From: Dudresnaya verticillata
Taxonomy: Eukaryota
Direction of reading: 5' to 3'
NCBI GenBank assembly: GCA_977862235.1
Contig: OZ374557.1
Location: 3,410,001-3,474,000, forward strand
Length of the DNA stretch: 64,000 bases
Positions 48,327-60,399 of this stretch are shown in pieces. Under the pieces are notes generated by a model that was given only the letters and a program-made list of their open reading frames with translations, did no database searches and was not told the DNA's origin. The position numbers and the translations under genes were made by a program. Every line of letters starts with the position of its first letter. The first letter of the stretch is position 1.

Positions 48327-49884
48327 CTTGACCACCGATTCCTCTTGGAGTCTTCTCTGCTTCCCTCTTCTAACCCCTTTAACTTGTGTCCCCCCTTGGT
48401 TTAAGTACGACGCGCTGCGCAGACTATAATGCTGCCTCTGCGAGCTCCGAACTGATTTCCACTTAAGCACGGCGCGCCGCACCGTTGATTTTGGGCACAC
48501 CGGACTGTCTTCTGTCTTATACCTTCTGCCTTCTCTCTTCTGCCTTCTCCTTTGGAGCAGGTCAATACTTACGTCAAGTACACAAAGTGTAACCTTTGTG
48601 CCCCCAGAACCGTCCTGCGCTCCCCAGGGCAACGTGTGGATACCCTGACGTTGGTGGTTCCACCGCAAAATACCCAAGGGCTCCTTGCCTTACTCCCCCT
48701 AGGGCCCGGCAGCGGGGGAGAGATATGCTTCTTTAACCGACAACACCGGAGTGGTGTTGCCGTTACACGTCTGCCCTCCAAAGAGAAGCACTTAGACAGG
48801 GCTGCCGAAGCACTGTCCAAAGCAAACGGGTCGCCCTTTCGCCTCGCGGAACCAATAGGCTCAACGCAAAGGGTACTCAGAGTTGCCGAATTCCCGCCCC
48901 CGAGTCACAATCTGTGGGGCTTGCACTAGCAGACGATTGGTCGCGATGGCTACCAGGAGTCCGTCACCAAAGCGAAACTGAAACCGCAAAAATGGTTAGC
49001 GCTAGTACGCAACCGACGAAGATTTTTCAGAGCCCGATCCAGGACGCGGACAGGAATGCGACTTTTTCCTAAGTCTTTTTTGACTTATGATTTATTTTTG
49101 CGCGTGCGGGCAGAGTCTAATTAGGCAACGATCGATTTTGATTTTGATTTTGTTTTTTCTTTTTCTTTTTTCTTTTCCTACCGTAAATGCCCTATGCACT
49201 AAATTAAAAACAATTTGTCGCGCGTCGCTGGATCTGGATTCGCGTCGCTGGATCTGGATTCGGGTCGCTGCGTCGCCGGTTTGCGTGTTCGCGCTCGCAC
49301 CGCTCTGAACTGCGCCCACCACGGATAACCGGTTGAACCCTCCCGCCCCCCAGGGCGCGCCGCTACCACTCGGGGCAGCGACGACGGGAATCAAGCAGGA
49401 TCTGTACCCGTTGCGAAGGGGTCTGCTCTCGCCACAACTCAGCTTACCTGCCCCGGGTTTCCACCCGTGCTTGCGCGCTCGCGTAGAGGGAGAGGGGATG
49501 AGTCGTGCGGGAGCGTTCCCCGCCGCCGCTCATATGGCCCTGTAGTTTGCGATTTACACGGCCTCAGCGAGATCACGGCGAGCTCACTTCGTACCAATTT
49601 AATTATGTAAAGTAGCTTTCTAGGCCCCTAGGACAGGTGCGGTTTTAATCACATAAATTAAGAATGGAGGCGCACGGCGGGACTGTAAGATCGTATCGCT
49701 GTAGCGCGGCGGCGCGTCTGTCAATTTACTGTCAGAAAATCGGAGCGCACCAATGCGCGCGCGTTGATTTGGTACCGCGGCAAAATACAGCCAATCGGGT
49801 GGCGCGGCTTGGCGGTCAGCCAATGGGGTTGCAGCTTTGCTGCTGCTGCTGCTGCTGCTGATGCTGCTGCTGCTGATGCTGCTG

Positions 49885-49923
<39 letters not shown>

Positions 49924-51090
49924 AATTTTTCTATTGGGCGTAAAAGGGTGAACTAGAAATATTTTTAGGCGTGCGTAGAAATAGGATTGGCGGCAAGGGA
50001 TGGTAATGGCGGGAGGATGTTAATTTCTTGTAATTTTTTACGTGTACGAAGCCCTCTAGGGGCCTCGTACACTGAGTAATAAAGAGGAGACGTGTGACGT
50101 TGGGGGGACACCCGAGAGGGAGAACCCATAATGGTTAACAACTTTTCATTGCTCACGGACTGCCAGATAAAAGAAGACGAAATGTAAGACACTGTAATTA
50201 CGAACTGTAACCTTAGAAGATTCCCGACGGGCGTCTGCGACGTGACCGGTTCCTGCGACGTGACCGGTTCCTGCGGGATACGTTTCCCGCTAGTCATCAC
50301 AGTCAGCGAACCATTGAAGTTGGAGGGGCCGAAACGAAAGGGGGAGTGTGCGTATATGAGCTCGATTGGGGGGACGGTCGGTGAGTGGAGGGGACGGTCG
50401 GTGAGTGGAGGGGACGGTCGGTCTATGACCAGTCGAAGAAAAATTAAAGAAAAAACACGAACGTCATGACAAAGCCGAAAATGCGCCGTGAGGACATGCC
50501 CCCCTCACGAGTCGCTGAGCAGCGCCGGTATCACGTGTCTTTCTGTTGCCTTCTACTGGGAGGTGCCGGCACCTCTAGCACCTCCAGGGTTTCAGCGTGC
50601 AGCTCGAGCATTACAGTCCGCTCCTGTGCTGAAGCGCTACGCGTTATGGAGCGTTAATCTTGTTACATGCTTCACAATGCCCTTGAGACGTTGCTGCTTA
50701 CTATCCCTCTCAGCACCCCTTCCAGCTGCGCAGGAAAGACAGGCTCTCTCTACGCTCTCATGCCACCCCTCAGGCTCTCTCTCCCCCTCTCTCATGCCAC
50801 TGTGGCACCCCTCGTATTGGACATATCATCAGGTGTCTCTATATAGCTCTGATAAAGCACCTCTAATTCCGGCCTGGAACTGCCCGAGGTTCCTATACAG
50901 CACCCTTTCTGTTCGCAAATTTGAGGGGGATGGTTTCCATGTAGCCGTTTGGGCACTACAATATCCTCAGCTATGCCTATGAAAGTATTTCTGCAGACGC
51001 ATCTGTCTAAGAAACGTTTTACAAGATGGGCAAAACGCAGATCGTATAGGCCGCCGAAACGAAAGGAGATCAGATGGCTTTTTGCCACAT

Positions 51091-51264
51091 CAGGGCTGCC
51101 AGCATACCTTACAGCCGCTGCTGATAGTGGCCTCTCGGGATTGCCATCGTGGCCCCGGGAAACCTCAACGGCCGTGAACGCGACGCTCACGCTTGAGGGG
51201 GGGCCGTGTAGTATAGCTGTCAGCACACTATCAGCAGCGGCTGTAAGGTATGCTGGCAGCCCTG
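51091..51264. repeat. 39-bp inverted repeat around a 96-bp spacer, a second copy of the palindrome-centre junction
   Basis: CAGGGCTGCCAGCATACCTTACAGCCGCTGCTGATAGTG (51091-51129) and its reverse complement (51226-51264). The spacer is the reverse complement of 35920-36015 with one SNP. Confidence 0.95.
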
Positions 51265-51985
51265 CGCTGTAATGGTGCACACGATGACGCCCGCTGGCGA
51301 GTCGTGGTTGGGCAGCGTGCCCTTAGTTTTTTCGTTGATTTCGTAGCGGTCGACCGCATTGCTGCCGGCAGCGGCCGCGCACCGTGCCGCACACGGCGCG
51401 CCCCAGTGACGCTCCCCGGCATCCAGCCGTTGTGAGGGCCGCTGCCCGTTATGCCCCGCGTGCGCCCACGGGTAGCCGTTACCCGGACGTGTCGACACGT
51501 GTATGGGCGCGCGCTCGCACACCTCCCGCGTTAGTGTTGTGGGGCGCACCTACTGTAGAGTAGTCGTAGTGCACATAGCGTAGGGTATTTAAGACCGTCG
51601 GCCATCGACGGCTCAGTAAATCGGGCAAGCAACAGCTCACGCTGAAGCTTGCCCCCAGCCTCTTCGCGTTCGATCCCTTTGCCTTACGTCAGCGGGCGGT
51701 TTCCCTTTTCCCCCTTGCCTCGCTAGGCTTTTCCCCTTTCCTTTTCCTTTCCGTCGGCTTCGTGCCGTGCCGCCCTTAGACAGGGACGCTGGGACCCGGC
51801 CGCTGCCTACCCACGTACGGTACGCCCCGTGCGCGCTCCGGCATCGACGCCGTCGATCCGCACCTGCGGGGTGCACGCGGCCGACACCGCTCTACCAACC
51901 ACAACAGCTACCCATCGACGGGTCTGTGTGGCCGCTTTGGACCAGCAAGTATTGGACGTCGGATCGACCCGACGTCTATACTACA
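51207..51985 (+). mobile_element. Ty3/gypsy LTR (779 bp) with a PPT upstream and a PBS downstream
   Basis: TGTAGTATAG...CTATACTACA form perfect 10-bp inverted ends; GAGGGGGGGCCG at 51195-51206. Confidence 0.92.
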
Positions 51986-51986
51986 C

Positions 51987-52004
51987 TGGTCTCCCGACCT
52001 AGAA
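51987..52004 (+). promoter_or_regulatory. Primer-binding site
   Basis: TGGTCTCCCGACCTAGAA, 1 nt after the LTR. Its complement ends ...GGGAGA-CCA, compatible with a tRNA-Tyr-like 3' end (inference). Confidence 0.7.
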
Positions 52005-52148
52005 GTCGTCGAGACCCAAGTACTTCTCGCATCGACGCGATCGAAGTAAAGGATATCGAGTCCTCCTGACCCAGCCGCTGCCGCTTCGGCCGCTGCGGGA
52101 AACGTTGAGGACGCGACGCGTCGAACCTCAATACTGAGTACCATCGGC

Positions 52149-55100
52149 GTGTCAGGTACTCCGCTACACGATGTGAGGCTTGAGCGGAGGGCCGCGCTGC
52201 AAAAGGCCCTCGCCGGGAGTCTGGTCTCGGTGGCCGACCTCCAGCTGCTGTATGAGGAGACCATGGACTCGCTAGCCGAGGTGTACGACCACCTGAAAAC
52301 TTCGATAGCTACAGCGAGGGCTGCCGGACAGCAAGACCTGGACACGCTTCGAAGCGATCCTTTGCCGTCCATCGAGGACAGAATAACCCGGTCACAGGGG
52401 CTCCTCGATGAGCTACTCCGCCGCGTTGAGTTGATAGAGCGCGCGCCGACGCGGCAACGCCAGCGGGCTACGGGCCCATCGTCGGCGCAGCGCTCTCCTC
52501 CACGACCGCAGTCACCAGCGGGTGCAGTTCAAGAATTGGCCGCTGCCATACTTGACGAGCAACGAGCTCGGCATCGCTTTCCTTCACCACCGCCATCTCC
52601 ACCGAGGAGTGCGGCGGGTTCACACCATCCGAGTGGGGACCGCAATCCGTTTAGGGGTCGACCCCAGGTTGCTCCGACAGGCCCTTGACGGGCAAAAAAC
52701 AAAGGGGGACCGACCCCCCAACAGCACGAGGGACCCGTCTCTGCCTATTGGCATTGGGGCCCACTCATGGCAGGCATCGAGCCGTTAACCACGTTGGTAC
52801 CAGAGTGCGCTAAGGCGATCGACTACCACTCTTACCGTCTCGATGACGTAGATCAGTTGGACAACCAACAGCCGGTGTGCAGCGGCATCACTGCGAAGAT
52901 TGTCAGCCGCATGAAGGCCCTGATGCCCCGGCTCGACCGGTTTGACGGTAAGGAGCCGATTCGCCTGCTTGGTGTGCTTCGATAGCTACGCCAATCATTC
53001 AATGGCGTTAGACTATCCGAGGGCGCAGCGGCGCGTGTGGTGTCCTGGTTCCTCGATGGAACCGCTTCGCAGGTGTACTCGAGTCACCTGTTCTCTGGGG
53101 TGCGCACAACGCAGCGCGGCACCCCACCCTGTTGTGCCTCGGTGGTCAATACCCTCGTCGAGAGGTTCGTCACGGACGGCGTCATCGCAGACGCCCATGA
53201 CCGGCTGAACACCGCCAAGCAGAAGGACGCCGAGTCCGAGCTTGAGTTCGCCACTCGCCTCGAAGGGTATGCGGGCGCCTGCGTTGGCGTGTACTCCGAT
53301 GAGAACTTGACGCATCAGTTCCTTCGAGGCCTGCTGCCTACGACAAGACCCGCAGTGGTGGAGAAGGTCAGGCAGCTGCCTATGGTCGAACAGACCAATT
53401 TTAGTACTGTTCGTCGGATTGCCCATAGCCAGAGCACAACCTACCGCGCCCGTTCGGCAAAGGCAGCGCAGCCTACGAACAACTCGGGGCGCGGCAAGTC
53501 AGGTTGCAGCTCGGCAAGCGGCCTTACACTGCTCATCGAGGGCCCACCAAGATATCCCAGCGGGGACGTTGCTAGGGACAGAACAATGCTGGTGGACCCC
53601 GACGCCGACGGGTTCGAACTCGTGATGGTCGCACCCGCGCTATCGACAGCCGGGTCGACCGAGGCCGTCGAGACCCTCGACATCACAGGACGAATCTACG
53701 CGGTCCTACCCAAACGCATACCACCGCTCACTCCAACGCAGGAGGCGATGGCACGCGCAGTCATCCCTGATCGACAGGGATGGTACATCTGCTGGTTCTG
53801 CCTCGAGGTCGGGCACATCATGTATTCGTGCCCGTACCTCACGAAGGAACAGCAGACGTACTGCGCGTATGCGAACTGCAACCATCGAATGGAAACGCAA
53901 CCGCATTCGCGCAATATGCTCCAACAGCTCATCGACGAGCGCGCGCCAGCGGGCGCAAGGACAAGGAACCCCGCACGGCCCTACGATGCGCCGCGGGGTG
54001 GGGACCGACGCTTCGACGCGAGAGGTCCACCGTAGCGCATGGGCGCACCAAGGTACCGCGGAGAGCCGCAGGGGTACCTCGTGGATCTCCGAGACCCACG
54101 ACGCGAGTACCGCCAAGGCGACGCACCGCGGTTCCTGCTACGCGATAAGCGGGTCGGCTTCGACGAGCCCGCTGGCCGTCAACCTCAGGCATCGATGCCT
54201 CCGAGGGCCGACCCGCGCCGCGAACTGCTCCGAGCAGAAGCACACCGGTCTCACCGCTGACTAGTGGCTTCCGCAAGCGCTCGACGCGCGCCACAAGGGT
54301 GAGACAGCCAGCGGGCAGGGAAGCGATTCTCCTATCCTTTTTGACACGCCTCCGCGATCGACGCGAGGCGCCTCAGGGGTTACGAAACACTCAACCGGAA
54401 TCGAGCACGAAAGTTCGGATTCCGAGGACAATTCTGACCGGGTCGATCTGGAAAAAGAATAAAGGCGGCGCCGCTCGTGCGGTCGCGCGCACCGTCTTGT
54501 CCAACACCAGACCCACCGTCCCGTTCACTTTCGACGGTGTTGGGGGCAGCGAACCCCCACGTCGAGTGCAGCGGCGCTTCGAAGGACACGAGCGACGTGC
54601 CGGTCGACGGGACGTCGTGGGCGACGCGTACCAAACCACCCTGGCCGCCGCGGCGTCGATGCAAGCGACAGGCCAGGCGGAAAGGGCGCAGCTCCCCGAT
54701 GGCGGGACCGCCGGCACCCGACGCTCGACGCGAGGGTACCGGGGCTCCATGCATCGGCGCAGAGCCGCCCACTACCCCCGACGGGTACGTGTGCCTCCTG
54801 TCCTCCGAGATTTACCGAGTGTCCGGGTCCCTCGGTGCGGATCCGCGGGTTATGAGACCCCACACCATCGCGGTGGACACCGGCTCCGGGTACAACCTCA
54901 TCGCTATAGGTGCCCTGCCCGCATTCTGGGAGGGAAACGCGTCAGAGATCGACTCCGCGCCACGCCTGGCAGGCGCCGACAAGACCCCGCTCAGGCTGTC
55001 CGGCGTCGTCCACCTCTCGATGAAGTTGGGGAACACGACGTTCCGCGTGCCTTTCATCGTCGCCGACACGCTCGCGGTCTACGTACTGATAGGCACTCAG

Positions 55101-56566
55101 TTTATCAACGCGCACGTGCGGGGGATCGACGTCGAGTCGAGAAGGCTAAAGCTGAGACCACGATGTCGCGGAAGAGTTCGGGAAGGTGATGACTATCCCC
55201 ACCCTTCCGCAAAAAGGGCAGCAACCCAGGGGTAAGGGGAGCAATGACCCCCAGTCACGCCGTCGATGGCAAGGGGCCCCGAGCCCACAAAGCTCCAAGT
55301 AGCAGCAACTGCAGCGGCGGAGAAAGGAGAGTCCATCGAGGACTGGGAGTCGCAGGTGGACCTTTCGTCTATCGAAGACAAGGTCACCCGCGAAGAAGTC
55401 CTCGCCATGCTTCGGAAGCACCAGTCCATGTGGGACGGCAGGCTAGGCACGATTGCCGCTACGCAACACCACATCGACGTGGAACCGGCACGCGGCCGAT
55501 TCGCTCAATGACCTATCGACAGGGCCCCGCTATGCGGAAGCTCGTACAGAACAAGGTCGAGACCATGCTGCGTGCAGGGGTAATCGAACCCGCCACGTCG
55601 GAGTGGGCATCGCCAGTCGTTCTGGCGCCCAAGAAGGACGGCACGCTCAGGTTTTGTGTGGACTATCGACGTCTTAACACCAAAACCCTGAGCGATGCGT
55701 ACCCAATCCCACGCATGGATGACTGTATCGACAGTCTCGGCGAGGCTGCCATATTCTCCACACTGGATTGTAATGCAGGGTACTGGCAAATCCCTGTCGC
55801 AGCGGCAGACAGCGATAAAACCACGTTCACGACGTTCCTAGGGACGTTACGCTATCTGCGGATGCCCTTCGGACTGAAGAACGCCCCTGCGACTTTCCAG
55901 CGTGCACTGGACATCATACTCAGCGGAGTTAGATAGCAGTGTTGTTTGATCTATCTCGATGATGTGATCGTATTCTCGCGGTCGATCGCGGAGCACGTTG
56001 GTCACCCAGACCGCGTGCTGACTCTGCTTCGAAAGGACGGCGTGCCCCTGAAGCGGAAGAAGTGCCACTTCTTCCAGTCCCGCGTGGACTACCTCGGTCA
56101 CGTGATCGAGCCGGGGAAACTACGCATGGAGAATACAAGCATCGACGCGTTCCGCCATGCGCAGTCCCCGACCTCCCTGACGAAGGTGAGGTCGTTCCTC
56201 GGGGCGTGTAATGTTTACCGCCGCTTCGTCAGGAACTTTGCGGAGATCGCTCGTCCGCTGACGGATATGACCCGCAAGGATGCGGATGTGGATTTCGATA
56301 ATCCAAGCGCAGCGGCGCTGGAGGCATTTGAGACGCTGCGAGCGACACTCTTATCGTCTCCTACCCTACGGCTCAATCGAGAGGGCAAGCCGTACGTCCT
56401 CGACACGGAGGCATCGGCGTACCAGCTCGGATGCGCCCTGCTCCAGGAGCAAGTCGACGGTCAGTTACACCCCGTTGGGTACTGGTCTTACTCACTAAGC
56501 TCAGCGGAGCGGAACTACTCGGCCACGGAGCGCGAGTGCTTTGCAGTGGTGTGGTCGATCACAATC
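52149..56566 (+). pseudogene. Ty3/gypsy gag-pol copy A (gag, protease, RT, partial RNase H), disrupted and truncated
   Basis: Gag FDGKEPIRLL and knuckle CWFCLEVGHIMYSC; protease AVDTGSG; RT WASPVVLAPKKDGTLRFCVDYRRLN, MPFGLKNAPATFQR, IYLDDV; RNase H LDTEASAY, NYSATERECFAVVW. TAG at 55934 and frameshifts. Confidence 0.95.
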
Positions 56567-56567
56567 A

Positions 56568-56941
56568 AAGAAGGACGGCACGCTCAGGTTTTGTGTGGAC
56601 TATCGACGTCTTAACACCAAAACCCTGAGCGATGCGTACCCAATCCCACGCATGGATGACTGTATCGACAGTCTCGGCGAGGCTGCCATATTCTCCACAC
56701 TGGATTGTAATGCAGGGTACTGGCAAATCCCTGTCGCAGCGGCAGACAGCGATAAAACCACGTTCACGACGTTCCTAGGGACGTTACGCTATCTGCGGAT
56801 GCCCTTCGGACTGAAGAACGCCCCTGCGACTTTCCAGCGTGCACTGGACATCATACTCAGCGGAGTTAGATAGCAGTGTTGTTTGATCTATCTCGATGAT
56901 GTGATCGTATTCTCGCGGTCCATCGCGGATCATGTTGGTCA
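56568..56941 (+). repeat. Direct duplication of the RT segment 55631-56004
   Basis: Identical sequence including the TAG stop; 3 mismatches in the last ~25 bp. Confidence 0.93.
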
Positions 56942-56950
56942 GCCCTTTTT

Positions 56951-57571
56951 TTGAAACCCGTCGATGGGTTTCACAAGCCCCTCGCGGCCTCGTTGGCCTG
57001 TCTGAGGGACATCCCCATCGAGGAGACGCCGGAGGAGGCGCGAGGTCTGGCCGATGCCGACTACGTGCGCCGCCTCCTCGGCCCGTGTATGGGGGAGCGG
57101 GACTGGGCGACCTGCCGCGCCCCCGGTGATGGACTCATCACCACGGGTGCAAGCTTGCACCCAGCGCTCGACGCTTCGTGGTTTCCCTCAGCGCAGTGGT
57201 ATTCCCACCGGGACGTGCCCGCTGGCATGATCTTCCCGTGGCCCGGCATCGAGCGGTATTTCTATTACGCCACGGCGGGGAATGAGGCAGTTCGTCGAGA
57301 GCTCCTCTCTCGGAGCTCCGACGAGTATGCCTTCGAGGTGGGGCGTCGCTACGCCTCCGACATCCTATTGAAGGAAATTTGCTGGGTCCTCGACGACCGA
57401 ATTTCGGTGTATCTCGATGTCCTGTGGCGCAGAAGGCGCCGGGGCTTTCCACGCCTCCGAGGCGCGGCAGGCCCGGACAACACATCGGTGACGTTCGAGT
57501 TCAAGCAGCTGCGAACACGACGCGCTTCGTGGCCGCTGCCAGAGAGAAGCACACCCGTCGCCGCCACTTAA
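56951..57571 (+). CDS. Unknown ORF antisense to gypsy pol (5'-truncated)
   Basis: 206-aa ORF with balanced, aromatic-rich composition, unlike the Arg/Pro-rich shadow frames nearby. Confidence 0.5.
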   Translation: MKPVDGFHKPLAASLACLRDIPIEETPEEARGLADADYVRRLLGPCMGERDWATCRAPGDGLITTGASLHPALDASWFPSAQWYSHRDVPAGMIFPWPGIERYFYYATAGNEAVRRELLSRSSDEYAFEVGRRYASDILLKEICWVLDDRISVYLDVLWRRRRRGFPRLRGAAGPDNTSVTFEFKQLRTRRASWPLPERSTPVAAT

Positions 57572-57761
57572 CAACACGCGTCGATGCGTTCATTTGCGGG
57601 GTCAACCCGGTGGCGGGGCCTTTCACAAGATCCAACGCGCGCCTGCGCCGCGGAAGTATCGTGGATACGCCTCGATGGCGGACATGGCCCGCGTCGAGTG
57701 AGCTGCTAGGCCGCGCGCCCGTCGGGGCATAGGTGGGGCATCCAAGTCGGCCGCTGCCGTT

Positions 57762-58727
57762 TTGGCCTCGGAGACCGAGCCCTACTTACCATCGGTGCCA
57801 CGCGTCGCGGCACCGGCACCTCGAGCTGTGGCACGACCTCCCCCAGCCGCTGCCATGGGTGGAGGTCAGGAGCGGCAGGCAGCGGTCGATCCGCTGCCCG
57901 CTGCCTATACGCGTTCGTGGCAGGCGGTGAGGTATGGCCCACCGCCGTCGATGGCGGTGGTCGCTTATGTGCCGCCACCCACAACCGATGAGCTCGACGT
58001 GCCGGCGGCGGCGAGCCTCTGGAGTGACCAAAACGTACGCCGCGCCGCTGCGCTGGTACAGTTGGGTGAGGACGCGCCGCTGCGTACTCTTGTTACCGCC
58101 TTTGCGGCCCACCTAGCGGGGACGCATGATTATCTCGCCGCTGCGAACGCCATCGCCCTCCGCTACCGCACCGAGTGGGACAGGTTTGCACACGATGCGA
58201 AACGACTGCAGGGAGAGCTGAGGCGCGCTACCAGGTTATTCCCAATCGTTGGATCCCTCGGAAAGCGGCCACGAGAGGAGTAACAGCCGCCCCCGACGCT
58301 GGCGCCGACGCAGCAGCCGATGCCGTCGTATGCGCCAGCTCAGGCTGCGCAGCAACCGATGCTGTCTTATGCCGTCGGGCCCGCTGGCCATATGCTCCGA
58401 TGGGGGCCCTCCGGCTACACCCCGTCGATGGTGGTGCAGGGCGGTGGAGTCCCACAGCAGCCGGGCGCCGCTGCGCCCATCCCCCCGGGCGACTTACCGC
58501 AGGGTTATGGTCCCCCAGTGGGACACGTGAGCCCTGCTGGGTTAGCAGCCGCTGCTGCTGGCGCCGCTGCGGTGTACTACGCGTCGGGTACCGCGGCGGG
58601 CGCTGCTGCGCCAACTCAGCCGCACGCTGCGGCCGAGGTGACCGGCTATGACCCCTCCGCCCCTGGCTTTGCGTCTTCGACGACTGCTCAGCCGGAAGTG
58701 GGGGCCGCGGGCAACGCTGCCCAATAA
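57762..58727 (+). CDS. Unknown antisense ORFs 57762-58283 and 58320-58727 (same frame, one TAA between)
   Basis: Helical core (LWSDQNVRRAAALVQL...LRYRTEWDRF) followed by a Pro/Ala/Gly/Tyr-rich tail. Confidence 0.4.
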
Positions 58728-60051
58728 TGCGATCGACGCGTAGAGTTCGCGGGCGCCGCGGCATCCAGCGATTAGAGCGCCGCTGCGCCTTTTAGTCCAG
58801 TTACGCCGCTGCGTCTATAGACATGTTTAAAGGGAAAGGGGTGGGATATGGCTTCGGCCCTCGTCGATGCGAACTTCTTTTGGCGAAAGAGATCGCCGGC
58901 GCAGGAGCTCACCACGTCGGGCCGATGCCCAAGGTGAGTGCTGCGCGTGCGCGCGCATCGAGCCCGCGTGCAGCGCCACTAAGCTACGACAGCGGTCGTC
59001 TCGGCGCGGGGTTTGCGTGAGCCGCTGCTCAGGTGCAATAGACAAGCGTGTCGATCCCATGTGGCGCCCCAGCGCCGTTGCGCGGCATGCCGCCTTGGCA
59101 TGGGGAGACCACAGTGGTTGCCCTTGCGCACCCGTCTGGGGCGCCTGGTGCCACTGCGGCTAGCTTTGGCGAGGCCGCTGCCTCGAACCCACTTGCCGGC
59201 GGCGTGCCGCTTCTCGCTACTAGATCAGCTGTTGCTGTTTCTTCCCGCCGGGAGGCGGTTTGCGCCCAAATTATAACCAATCGTTGGCTGGGGGTTTTCG
59301 CAACCCCTTTCATTGGCCGTCGTCTTCCGGCCCGCTGGCCTGGTTGGGTGTTTCCCGACCCCCGGCTACAGTACGTACTGTAGCCGGAACACTTTTCACG
59401 CTCGATGCGCTGCGTGCGCCCCGCGCCGAGGCGCACGCCAAATGTCACGCTCGCTTTTGGGGTGCCGTTGCACATCGAGTGCAACGGCACTTCGGTGCAC
59501 CCGAGTGCGATGGCGATCGGGCCGCTGCCCTTTTTCCCACACCGCTTCGCTTCGACAGCGACGGCCTTGGGCGCGTCGACGTGCCCGATCTGCACCCACG
59601 CTGGTGTGACCCCTCCTCGCTCAGCAGCCGCTGCGGCTGGCGCGTTGGGTTGCACTGGCGTGAGCGAAGGTAGCGCCGCGTGCGCGGCCCTTGTTAGCGG
59701 CTTCGGTAGCCACTGGTCAGCGCCCCTTACCTTGCGTGCGTGAGGCGTTGACGCCTGTCACGCGCGAAGGCGAGGTGGCGGCTGTGTCTCATCGCCGCTT
59801 GCGAGCGCGTGCGACCAGCCGGGGCCGCTGCCCCAGGCTTGGTTAGCTGGCAGCCGCCCTGTGCGCGTCGATGCGCCAGAGTCAGCGTTCTGCTGCCCCC
59901 TCTTGCGCTGCTGCCGCTGCCGCTGGCGCAAGGGTGACCTTCCTGGGCTCGGTGCCCACTGCAGGGTAGGGTTAGGCATCGATTGCCTTCGGAAAAGGGC
60001 AACGAATGCCTACGGCCCCCTACTCAAGCGCGAGGCGCCCCCACCGAGGGG

Positions 60052-60250
60052 TTACGAGGAGGGGCGCGCGGCTTCGAGCCGGTTTGTGTTTCGCCGCTGC
60101 TGCGATGCGAAGTAGTGGCTCACCATCTCCTCGGGGAGATCGGAACGTGGTTCCCACATCGGCTTGCGATAGCCGGTCCACTTCACCTTGAGCACGAGCG
60201 TGCCTTCGTCGGCCGTGCCGTGGTCAAGGACCTTATCCACCACGAACCGC
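60052..60250 (-). CDS. Chromodomain at the integrase C-terminus
   Basis: FVVDKVLDH...LKVKWTGY..PMWEPRSDLP. Confidence 0.85.
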
Positions 60251-60399
60251 GGGCCGTCGACGGCTTTGGACGTGAGTTCCTCAGTGGTGGGTAAGTATGC
60301 GCTGCGCTGCGCAGTATCCTCCCGCAGCGGCGGGGGACAGTAGACGGCGCGGTCCGCTGCGATGCGTTAGACCAAGCCGCCTGTGTCGATAAACAGCGT

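Larger units (their letters stand above)
20786..51092. repeat. Giant palindrome: arms 20786-35919 and 36016-51092, 96-bp spacer
   Basis: ORFs are mirrored throughout (coordinate sums 71935, 71937, 71938, 71878). The arms differ by scattered SNPs, a 1-bp indel, a 2-bp indel and a 60-bp indel. Confidence 0.98.
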
